A stretch of DNA of 61,997 bases, filler included, from Choristocarpus tenellus KU-1152 (lineage: Eukaryota > Protista > Phaeophyceae), in assembly GCA_964200185.2 (NCBI GenBank). It is 6 parts of 6 records of this genome, joined end to end, with 100 filler letters (N's around TTAATTAATTAA, not from the genome) between each part and the next. Parts side by side here need not be neighbours in the genome. Positions count along the whole stretch, not along the records: positions 21,735 to 44,893 come from CAXNAD020000262.1; positions 44,994 to 50,365 come from CAXNAD020011002.1; positions 50,466 to 61,997 come from CAXNAD020002274.1; 3 more parts are not named here. One strand, 5' to 3'. A program made the position numbers and the translations under genes. Positions within the stretch are counted from its first letter, which is position 1, and every line of letters begins with the position of its first letter. The notes under the pieces are model-generated. The model saw only the letters and a program-made list of their open reading frames with translations, was not told the origin of the DNA and ran no database searches. Positions 41,201 to 50,975 of the stretch are shown one piece after another.

Positions 41201-41574
41201 TGCAACCACGTCAACAACACCCAAAACATAGGAGTAATTTGACTGTGAGGTTTTGCTACATTGTCGCATTCTTACGGATAGTCCATGGCACATAACCTGG
41301 TTACTACAGACGGCAAGCTTGTGGTGACATTGGCCCCCTTAGCTTCATGATACTGCCATAGGTCAAGCGTCGCACACTTCATCTAAGAGATCCTTACTGG
41401 ACTCCTGCCTGACCTGAGGGTATACCACTCCGTGGTGAACATATTGGAACCACCCTTTTCCTCGAGTAGAACTGATTGGATGAGTTCGTCCACTGGCGAG
41501 CCCTTGAGCTTGGCCATAGTCCGGCTCCAGAGAACCAGTCCAGACTTGCTAAAAATGGTCACATGGTCCAACAT
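26006..41574 (-). CDS. SRPRA: Signal recognition particle receptor subunit alpha, complete, 15 exons, 641 aa
   Basis: Exons 41574-41414, 40862-40763, 39942-39808, 38827-38564, 36284-36150, 34814-34740, 34123-33950, 32511-32366, 31944-31860, 31362-31243, 30589-30496, 29312-29212, 28547-28422, 27916-27833, 26131-26006 (1926 nt, phase-consistent). Longin N-terminus [17 protein letters not shown]1 [25 protein letters not shown]3 DTAGRMQNNEPLM, G4 TKFD, closing [11 protein letters not shown]. Confidence 0.97.
27195..27254. repeat. (TG)n microsatellite
   Basis: About 30 perfect TG units in SRPRA intron 14. Confidence 0.95.
34826..34870. repeat. Telomere-like (TTAGGG/TTAGTG)n tract just upstream of the SRPRA exon 6 acceptor
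   Basis: GGGTTAGGGTTAGGGTTAGGGTTAGTGTTAGTGTTAGTGTTAGGG. Confidence 0.9.
39382..39518. repeat. 22-bp minisatellite, 6 perfect copies
   Basis: Unit TCATTAGTATACTTACATCAAG, in SRPRA intron 3. Confidence 0.95.
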
Positions 41575-42813
41575 AGGTCGATTTGGAGCTCCTCCTCCAC
41601 CCTCTCCTGCTTGCTATTTGCTGTTACACAGGAAGAAACTGAAAACTGTCTGACAGTGAGGAATATTCGTAAGAACAAGGGGTCACTTGTGCATTCTAGA
41701 TCCTACCTCTAGTACAAAGGTGGTATGTAGGTGTTGGTGAGTGACAGAGATGAGTATCATCAGATTTTATTAATATAGTACGAGATTATAATATAGTACA
41801 AAAATAGTTTTTGATGGATAGGATGGGAATACAATAACCAGTTGATTAGTTTATTCTTGAACGCGGACGGGCGGCTGGCTGGACGTTTGCCGAGAAACAA
41901 AAAAAGGTAACAAATTGTAAGGGGGAGAAGGCATCTGGCAAAGTGCGAAAGGTCCAACTGGTAATCCAACACGAAGAGAACGGAGGATCCACTGGACACG
42001 GTTCGCCTCCACATCTCTCTTAGATCCTCGACTTTTTAAGTCTGTTATTCACTCCCGAGGTACCAAAGGTAAGTTAAAAGATTATTTTTTCGTTTTGTGG
42101 ATGTGGGTATGTGGTGGTGGAGATGCGTCTTGACGGGTATCCGTCTCCTCACAGCATGTAAAATAATAGAAAGCCTCTAATCTGTGGTAGTTCTCTACGT
42201 TCCGTTTGCTTGTTTCGTCGAGCATCTCATGATGACTTACCGATAAAACGAGGACACTGGTTCTCTTTGCGAACCACAATTGTCCGCTATCATAATCCTA
42301 TGTTCACCCACCTTAAATGCGATCAACCCCCCCTTCACTGGGAAGCAGAGAAAGTGGCATTTGATCTGTTTATTTTTAATGGGTTGGTAGTCTACGAGTA
42401 AATTTATCCGGCGGTAAAGGATACAAGATTCGGGTTCCCCACACTTGATACATTGAAATGACCACTTGTATCCCCCAACAACATCATATCCGAAGATGTT
42501 ACTCACTCCATTGAGCGAAGCGCATAGCGTAGAGTTTGTCAATCTTGAGTGATATCGATGCTTGACCTTGACCTCTCCTGCTTAAGGAAATGATCAACGC
42601 TTCCGTCCAGATCTTGAGGGAAACTTTCCTCCATTGTATCCAACAAATTCTCTTTGTCACAATCTGTGGCCGATATCCCTAACTGAATATCTCGTTCCTG
42701 TAAATTTCTAGTTAGCGTTTGCAAAGCTCCAGAAGTTACCTTAGAGTTGTCCATTATGGGCAGCAAGTTTTTGCTGACATAGATAAATTACATTGTTCCT
42801 TGAAATTTAGAAT
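41575..42813. promoter_or_regulatory. Divergent (bidirectional) promoter / 5' UTR region between SRPRA and the RRM gene
   Basis: ATGs at 41574 (-) and 42814 (+). Probable plus-strand UTR intron 42069 (AAG|GTAAGT) to 42810 (TTTAG|AATATG). GC-rich patch at 41861-41885. Confidence 0.6.
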
Positions 42814-44893
42814 ATGGAGCCTGGAGGTGAAGAGCAGACTTTCGGTAACCCTCCCGACGCGCAGGACCCTTCCCAGGACAAGTCTGAGCAGCGCCCTGTC
42901 AACATGGAGGATGGAAACGGAATAGACGGTATTACGGTAAGAACCAACCCTTGTGCTGATGGCACCCTTGAACAACATTTTTTCAGAAGTTCCCCCAATT
43001 CAACATCTGAATGTGGCACAGCGAGTTGACTAGGACTGCGTTCTCTTCTTGTTGATCAGTGGAGAAAATATTAAAAGACGACTTGTGCTGGCCGGTGATC
43101 AAAACTCCTCAAACGTTCTTATGTCCTAATCATTGCCAACATTTTGGTTGTCTTGTGCTAAACAGGGAACAAACGGTGCTGCATCTGGCCCGGGTGATGT
43201 TGCAGACGTTTCCACAGGTGCAGATGCAAGCAATGGTGCAGATGGTGCACCTACCACTGAGGGTGGAGTCAGGGGTGAGAAAAGCTTTTTCTAAGGCACA
43301 GCATAATTATGTAGATAAAACACTTTTTTAAAAAAATCTTTGTACTGATAAATGATTCTTTCGTCCCTTCCATGTTCTGCAGACGATAATGTTGATGGCA
43401 AGATATTCTTGGGTGGCCTTACCTGGCAGACATCGGAAGATATGCTCAAGACGCACTTTGGAAAATGGGGGGAGCTCACTGATGTGATTCTCATGCGCAA
43501 CAAGGTCACTGGGGAGCCCCGTGGTTTTGGCTTCGTCCAGTTCAGTGAGACCGCAAGTAAGTGGTCTCATCATTCTGGTGCTGCCTTCCCTTTGTTTTTA
43601 TTTTGTATTCTATGAAGAGGTGTGTCTACAGTTTTGATTTCTGTTCATTGGTTTGCAAGATATTTGTTTCTTCTTTTGTGATTGAGCCTTAGTTTCAATT
43701 GAACGTTAGTTTCAGCAGATTTTTAGTGCGTTGATATCAATTCTTTTACCTTTTGTAAAAAATGTTGATTTTGTTTTCTTGGACATCTTTTCTCTGTTTT
43801 GTAGTTTTCATGTAAATTTCGGTTATTTTGTTGTGTATGCAATTTTGTTGATAACTGTTTTTTCTACTAGAATTGATTTTTCCCTTCTTCAGGCAGCATT
43901 GTTGAATTTGTATCTTTGGCTGTTTTGTGTTGATTAATATAAAAAATGTGCATAGCGTTGTGCTTCTTTTTGTAGCTTTATCCCTGCACAAGGGAGGGGT
44001 ACATTGCAGGTGTTGTTCAGGTGCAGACTCGAAGAATGAAGTGCAGCAGAGCAAAGGCTATGAAGGCATACAAGTGAAAAGCAGATGCGGCAGATCAGAT
44101 GCAGGACGTCGACTCGGGGCTGGGCGTTGAAGCAGATTCTAGCCTTCGGAGGGCTTGTCTAGGTTCTTGTGGCAGTACCGCATGTCGAACAGATGCAGCT
44201 GCCGAAGGGCAATAAAGATGGCTTGAGGACCGAGTTCATTCAGGGGTACTAGCAAATTTTAAAGTTCCCTCCATCTGAGGCGATTGTAACACTTCTCAGT
44301 GACATTTTGTTGTGCTCTCGGAAACAGGGTAATTTAAAGCGTTTGTGGATCGCAAATTGTGGGTTTTACGTAATTGTCGAGCTCAGAGATGTATTTTTGA
44401 TTTACATCGTACCCTTCCCTCTCCCCTGTTGCTGCTGTTTCTCTTTGTTCTTGGCAAATGATGACGGACTTACTGTACGTGTGCAATAGTGGCCGACAAA
44501 GCCCTCAAGGAAGAGCACGTCATAGATGGCAGAACCATAGACGTCAAGCGGGCTGTCCCTAGGGACAAGGCCCCTCAGCCTAGGTTGGTTAGCGGTATTT
44601 TTGTGGACGATTCATAGATTGGGTTAAGGAAGTCTACAATAAAGAAAATCTGTCCCTATTGTACTTAACAGTAATTTTGTGAGGCCCCCTCGGTCACCCT
44701 GCTCACATTACAACATCTTAATTTGTGGGTTAGAGAACTGATGAATAATTACATTTTTTTTTCTGCTCCATATTTCTGTCCATGTGTATTCTTGTCTGCC
44801 TCACTGCAGGACGATGTCATCTGGGGGTGGTGGAAGTTGGGGTGGCAACCGTCATGACAACGGGCCTCGTGGTGGTGGTGGGATGAATGATGC
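42814..44893 (+). CDS. hnRNP A/B / Musashi / DAZAP1-like RRM RNA-binding protein, 5' part
   Basis: Exons 42814-42936, 43166-43274, 43383-43556 (GKIFLGGLTWQTSEDMLKTHFGKWGELTDVILMRNKVTGEPRGFGFVQF; RNP2 and RNP1), 44490-44583 (EEHVIDGRTIDVKRAVPRD), 44810->44893 (Gly-rich). Truncated by the spacer. Confidence 0.92.
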
Positions 44894-44993
44894 NNNNNNN
44901 NNNNNNNNNNNNNNNNNNNNNNNNNNNNNNNNNNNNNTTAATTAATTAANNNNNNNNNNNNNNNNNNNNNNNNNNNNNNNNNNNNNNNNNNNN
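44894..44993. other. Artificial contig spacer
   Basis: N44-TTAATTAATTAA-N44. Confidence 0.97.
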
Positions 44994-45020
44994 CCTCCCC
45001 CCTCCCAGATACTTTGGGTC
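44994..45020 (+). mobile_element. MITE TIR at contig start
   Basis: CCCCCCTCCCAGATACTTTGGGTC. Confidence 0.7.
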
Positions 45021-45115
45021 TGGGTCTATTTAGCCCCATTCGGTTATTTAAGCCTCTTTAAACCTTCTTCCTCCTCTCACCCCATTCCCATGCCTGAAAT
45101 GCAGCTAAACCAACC
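45021..45115 (+). repeat. Dispersed repeat also present at ~57161-57245
   Basis: GGGTCTATTTAGCCCC...AAACCTTCTTCCT...CCCATGCCTGAAATGCAGCTAA versus GGGACTCTTTAGGCCC...AAACGTTCTGCCT...CCCATGTCTGAAACGCAGCTAA. Confidence 0.55.
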
Positions 45116-48100
45116 TACAGGCTGCAACTGTAGATACGTTGCGTACAGCATTCCACCCCTCCAGAGAATCCCAGTCGCTCAGACAAATGTGTTGCAAGAA
45201 TGTTGTAGAGGGACAATCCTGTTACGTACTCCTGCATCTCAGCTGCAACAACCACAGTGGGTTGGTTACTACCGACTTTTTGTGACCTGGATAGGGTATT
45301 GTGATCACTGAAAAGGTCCTTAGACTTAAAATAAAGATGAGTGAGGATATCGACACCATGATATCCACTTGTACATCAACTGCACGTTAGAGACAGCAGC
45401 AGAACTAATACCACCCAAACTTTTGAGGGGGAGAGAGATAGATGCTTCCGACATTTCTTGGTTGTATCATTCCGTAGGCAATAATTCGCTACACGCCCGC
45501 TTGGGTAAGATCCCAACACAAGAAATTACTGGATATAGGGTGTGTACTGGAGTATATTTAATAACATTGCTCGTTATGTCATCCCAGCCTCGCCCTGTGC
45601 TACCATAACTTCCTCACAAACTGTTTTGAATGCAAGTGTGACATTGCATACGAAGGGCCGTGTGCTCTTGTACTCTTGGACTGGAAATAGCCTAGGGCTT
45701 ACTCCCTTGCCCTGACTGCTCTGATAATGTAGTTTGTAAGCAATAATAACAACACAACCACGTAACTCCCCCCTCAGCATCACCTGCAGTATGTTTGAAA
45801 AACGCCCTACTGCCTCTTTCTCTCAAAGTAATTGGATACCTGCCAGCAGGATCGACCTCAGTTTACAAGACAAGACTGGTATGTAGATGTTCATTTGGCA
45901 AAGAAGAGTGTGACTGGGGTGATGCTTCCTTCAACTATATTTTTTATGGAGTACAATATTGAATGTAAGCAGTACTGAGGAGTCATATTTGAGTCCTGGA
46001 TGGGGGGAAGAACCAACGAAACCACACTGTCAACACTGAAATCATTGCATCCTCCAGATATTAGCGTAATTCTTTATCATCCAGCTGCGGAGGAGCAATG
46101 TAACAACCTCATTCTATACAATTTTCTGTAATTCAAGGGCTGTATGGCATAAAAACTACACATTCATGAAGACATGCTCTTTTGATTCGGAAGGGGCTTT
46201 GGTCCGGAATAGGAAATGCAGTAGTGCATAGAGGACTGGGAATGAACTGCCACATACAGGTAGAACGAGATGGATTTCTTCAACAAATGTATACGTTCAT
46301 GTTGAATTATGTATAAATGAGACACAAGACAAAATAGCATCATATGTACTGTGTGTCTTTGACATAAGTGAGGAGCATGGCCAATGATATATTCTAGGGG
46401 ACATGTTATTCCTGTGACCCAATACCACACGCTTTTGATGGATTGAACACACCATGTCCCTCAATATGGGGGGCTGTAGCTTCTACCACATCTGTATATG
46501 TGTAGCCCCAGTTGTCTTACATGGCTCATACCTCGAGTACAATCGTCAGGGAGATAGAGTCGTCTACCAATCAATTTGTTCAAAATGATATTGCATGGTA
46601 CAAACACGAAGATCCTTTATGACTGCTCTACTCCCCAAATATACACACCTTTCCAAGTTTAGAATGGAAGGGAAAGGCTAGGGTAAAGGAGTTAAGGAAA
46701 GCACTCTAGGCCACCGTTCCTTGTATTAGGTTTTTGAGGATCTCAAGAGGTGCACAACCTAAGCCAGAGGACCTTGGAGAAGAAGCAGTTGTTTACTGTC
46801 ATCCTTTGACAAGAAGTAAACCATACTCACTCCTAGATTGGACGTGCAAGATAATACTCACTTCCTGGATAGTGACCAAGGGAAGCAATTGGAAAGGCAT
46901 AGGCCTTACAGGAATTGTGAGATTCCTGGGTCTGGGACAACAAATGGGTCATTCGTTTGACTGAAGTAGGGCAGGTCAAGTCTAATGGTCGACTTCACAG
47001 GCCTGTATACAATGGAAGCAGTATCTGCCTTGCTTGGTATGTTTTTGTTGGACGCAACCAAAGGCAAGAGTACAATATCATCGACCTGTGCTTGCTCGTG
47101 ACAGGAACAAGTACCTCTCCGTGTAATAGTCTGTGTCCTCAACAGAGCGTGTATTGTATTCTACACTGTTATGTGACATGAATTGGGTGCTTTAAATCCC
47201 CCCTCTCATCAACAACTAACTAATTCTTGTCTTGGGTGTTCAACCGACAAGCTTGACAACAAGCACAAAAAGCGTACAAGGTGGCGCCCTCAACAACCAT
47301 CATGTTGAAAATCAAGCTGGATGCTGCATAGGGGAGCATCAATAGCTGTGGAGATGGTTGTTACAGCTCTGGTATCATGCACTACAATTCATGGTACGCT
47401 TGCAGACCAGCATCAGCACATTATCATGTGACGGTTGTTGAGGCAGTCAAACTATCACATCCCACTTGGGACCTATACCTCAATGTTCTCCTTTCTATTA
47501 CAGCACCTCACACATCCAAGGGAACCTTTCACGGTCCACTGTCCCTCCTCCCCCCCCTCCTGACACACACTTCATAGCTTCCTGTCCTTCTAGGTCTGAG
47601 GGAACATGAACCATTAGACTTAACGCGGTTGTGTTGGTCGTTTGTGGGTAGTCTTAAGTACTCATGTGTTTCAGCACCAGCTAATCCTTGACTCTCTCCC
47701 CAGGGAAGGGTGCCACACTAACAGTAGTCTGCTCAGAATCATGTCTATTTCGTACCTCCAGATGTCTGCAAATTATGGAAGGCAAATCTACCGAAGCAAT
47801 AGCGACAGGCAGCAGTTTTGGTGCTGATCAGTGAGACTGTGGTGGGGTTGCGATCATCCTGGTGTGAAGATCCTGGCACTAACTACATGTTGTGGTCTAA
47901 AAAGATTGCCAGCAGGAAACACAACCATTGACACTCCAAATAACTTGTTTGTTGTTGACTATCGTGTGCCTTGAATTTTCAGGAAATTTTAGCATACAGC
48001 ACAAAAGAATGGTGGGTGTGCCCTTGTCATTTACATTTCGTTCCTGAAGTCTCAGCTAGATCAGCCACCCCAAACTGCGTTCTCTGAGAACACAGATCCA

Positions 48101-48277
48101 ATAGCCAAATGAGATACTTTTCATTCTCGAGCAAATGTGTCTAAGAAGTACCCTACATCATTTATGCACAATAAGAACACCGGGAAAGAAAACGGTGAAG
48201 TGAAGGTGGGATAATTTATACAAACCAACACCACCGGTGAGTTGCCATACAGTAAGAGATGTGTATCTTGTATTCAC

Positions 48278-49719
48278 CTGGGTGCTCTGCCTTCCTATTT
48301 CCATCAAAATCCACAAACATAGAGCCATCATAGAACCAACCATGTGGCAAGGGGTCATTTTTGTGCGCGTCCCGAAGACTGGATATCTCCTCTGGAGATA
48401 GGTCAGCTCTTCCAGTTGCAAACACCAAACAGATATGCAAAATCAATGATCAATCAGTCTTTGACCAAGCGAATAAGGTGGAATCAGGACGGTAATTCTG
48501 TCCATGGAGAAATTTCGCTTAGCACACTGTCATTGTGTCACCTGGTAGGATTAGTTCCTACTTGAAAAATCCTGCTGAAGAAGTTTGTGGTATGGATCTA
48601 GGTATGCAACAAGTGTTGTCTATGGAAATGATAGTAGATCTTTTGTGGGCAAGTGGGAATGTGACACGAGGCAGCACTCCAATGTCCAATCACAAAGCAC
48701 GATTATCTGTAGTGTGTGTCGGTTTTGTTCCTGTCCCTTGCACTCTTGCCAATAACGCACAGAATAAGAAAGACGGATCCTGGTGAGGAATATGTGCCAA
48801 CAAGAAGGTGATGGTTGGACTTTTTATCGGTAACCAAACATGACAGCACACGTGCCTCGTCCATTGCTGTTCTGTAACACTTATGTCATTGGTCACCTCC
48901 CCAGTTGACTTTGTACCCTGAGCATATTGAACCCTGGAGCTATAGTTTGAAATTACGTAACTGTTCAGGGCAGCACAGAAATCCCACCCTTTAGAGCTGT
49001 GGTTTAAACACCCTACTCTGCCACCTTTGCTTTACTATTCGAAACAGATGCTAGTACCAAGTAATGGAGTAAAGTTGCAAGTATTTCATGTGCCCTTTCC
49101 TTCTGTGTCTTGCTGTGTGTCAGTATAAACGCAAATGCTAGCCCAAACGCTCACTTGTACAACATGAAAGAAGATGGTGTTCCTCAAACATATCCACTGT
49201 CCGACCAAGCAACTGTACTCTGTACAGTAGCATCCAAGGTAGGCCTCTTTACCTTGTTTATTTTTGGTGGTTACATTTTATTTTTTTTGGCCCCGAAAAA
49301 TTCCAACCCTATTTTCCGAATACTTCAAAGTAATATTTTAGCTGTCTCAGGATACCAATATAGGCCGAATGAAAAATATGCTAAGGGAGGTCATGGCATG
49401 CACCTCTATATATGGTAAGATTAATTTGCCTCTCGAGACCTGATTCGCAGGAAGTTCTTATCTAGTCACCAACTCCGAACAGTCTATAGTAAAGATTGAC
49501 CTATTATCACCCTAGGTTCCTGAACTACCTGGTCAGCAGCTCATCTGTTGCTTGAGGGGCAGGAGCAAACGCTAGGTGAAACAGTGCCTCGAGATCCAGG
49601 GTGTCAAGACCAGTTCCTTGGACCACGACACGGCCTACCCCTCCTGCCATTAAGGAGGGGTCAGTCTTGGAAATAGAAGCCATTGGGATACCAGCAAGAG
49701 TGACTGTACCTCCACGAGC
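48278..49719 (-). CDS. DNAAF9/C20orf194 (shulin)-like protein, C-terminal exons
   Basis: Exons 49719-49529 and 48408-48278 join in phase: ...RVVVQGTGLDTLDLEALFHLAFAPAPQATDELLTRADLSPEEISSLRDAHKNDPLPHGWFYDGSMFVDFDGNRKAEHP. This matches the C20orf194 C-terminal pattern as I recall it (TR..L..eEI..ih..h...PLP.G(Y/W)FY.G..FV.F.G.....HP). Last exon and 5' exons not resolved. Confidence 0.75.
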
Positions 49720-50175
49720 CTAGCACATTGTGCAAGGACACCTCCCCATGAAATCAGGGAAGGGAAAAGGGAGAAAGAGGATGAGTCAGATCATTGACTG
49801 TGTATGAAGCATTGAGCTAAAAGGGTTTGGAATGCATTGAAGCAGAATGGTTTCAACATCTGCTGATGGCTACCTGCTTAGTAAGATCATTTATGGTCTG
49901 ATGTCAGTGTAATCTCATGAACTACTTATCCAACAGTTAACAATGAGTTTTTGATGCAGTACCTACTTGGTGCTTCAAAGTACTAGTATTAATATTGAAA
50001 ACTATTTTACATAAAGAGTGCTTGAAATACTACAATCAGAGTCCTTTGAGGGTAGCAGATAGGTATGAGAAGCAGCATCAACACCATTGGGATGGCCTGT
50101 ATATTGCGTTGAGCCAAAAAAATGAATTTTCCATTTGAAACATCATATGCTTTTGGCCGTAGTTCACTTTATAAA

Positions 50176-50352
50176 GACTCAAAGTATCTGGGGGGAGGTG
50201 GCGACTGTCCATTTGGGGCCCAATTTTCCATGTCACAATTTTTTGGTGATTTGGTTGCATGTGTCAGATGGACAATTTAAGTGCACTTCTCCTGGTCAAG
50301 GCCCAAACGGACACCCTCGTGTAGACCCCCCCCCCCCCACATTTTTTGGTTC
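50176..50352 (-). mobile_element. ~180-bp MITE, inverted copy near contig end
   Basis: GACTCAAAGTATCTGGGGGGAGGTGGCGACTGTCCATTTGGGG...GGTGATTTGGTTGCAT...GGACACCCTCGTGTAGACCCC is the reverse complement of the 52674 copy. Confidence 0.85.
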
Positions 50353-50365
50353 TATCTGCAGTAGA

Positions 50366-50465
50366 NNNNNNNNNNNNNNNNNNNNNNNNNNNNNNNNNNN
50401 NNNNNNNNNTTAATTAATTAANNNNNNNNNNNNNNNNNNNNNNNNNNNNNNNNNNNNNNNNNNNN
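50366..50465. other. Artificial contig spacer
   Basis: N44-TTAATTAATTAA-N44. Confidence 0.97.
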
Positions 50466-50975
50466 GCATGGCATTCTCAGTATTCCTTATATAAAGGGAT
50501 GTATCTGAAACAAATATTCCATCCCCCTCCCCCTTCCCCCTTCTTCCTTCCCCCTTCCTACTCCTACAACTCCCCTCTCTACAATATCACCCTCGTCACT
50601 TTGCTCAACCTCAAGAGGTTCGCTACATGCGTCATCATCCTTTCCAATACTTATCCTCACAAGCCCCCCCCCCCAACACATCATTGTGTGTGAAGCAAAA
50701 AATATGCTTTCCTCCTCAGATAGATAGTACTCCTGAGTACAATTGACTCATCATCCCTCCTACATTCAGATGGCCCTATTTCCATCCTCACTCATCTGTT
50801 GTACCTTCAATAAATTGTACTGTTATTGTTTGATTTCTCACTCTCTCAAATTCCCTGCCCTGTTAAATCCATCAGACACAAGCGCCCCATGATTTCCAGA
50901 TTCCCTGTGTCATTTTTTCTTCTGCGGCAATCCTTTCCCCTGACAGCAGCCTTAACAGTTTAACTTATCTCTCAC

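Noticed and set aside
42539-42766. Minus-strand 71-75 aa ORF (MDNSKVTSG...)
   Set aside because: ATG is only ~60 bp from the divergent RRM ATG and lies in its probable UTR intron; no recognisable domain.
50487-50684. Possible next Slo channel exon
   Set aside because: No convincing acceptor or family motif; left unassigned.
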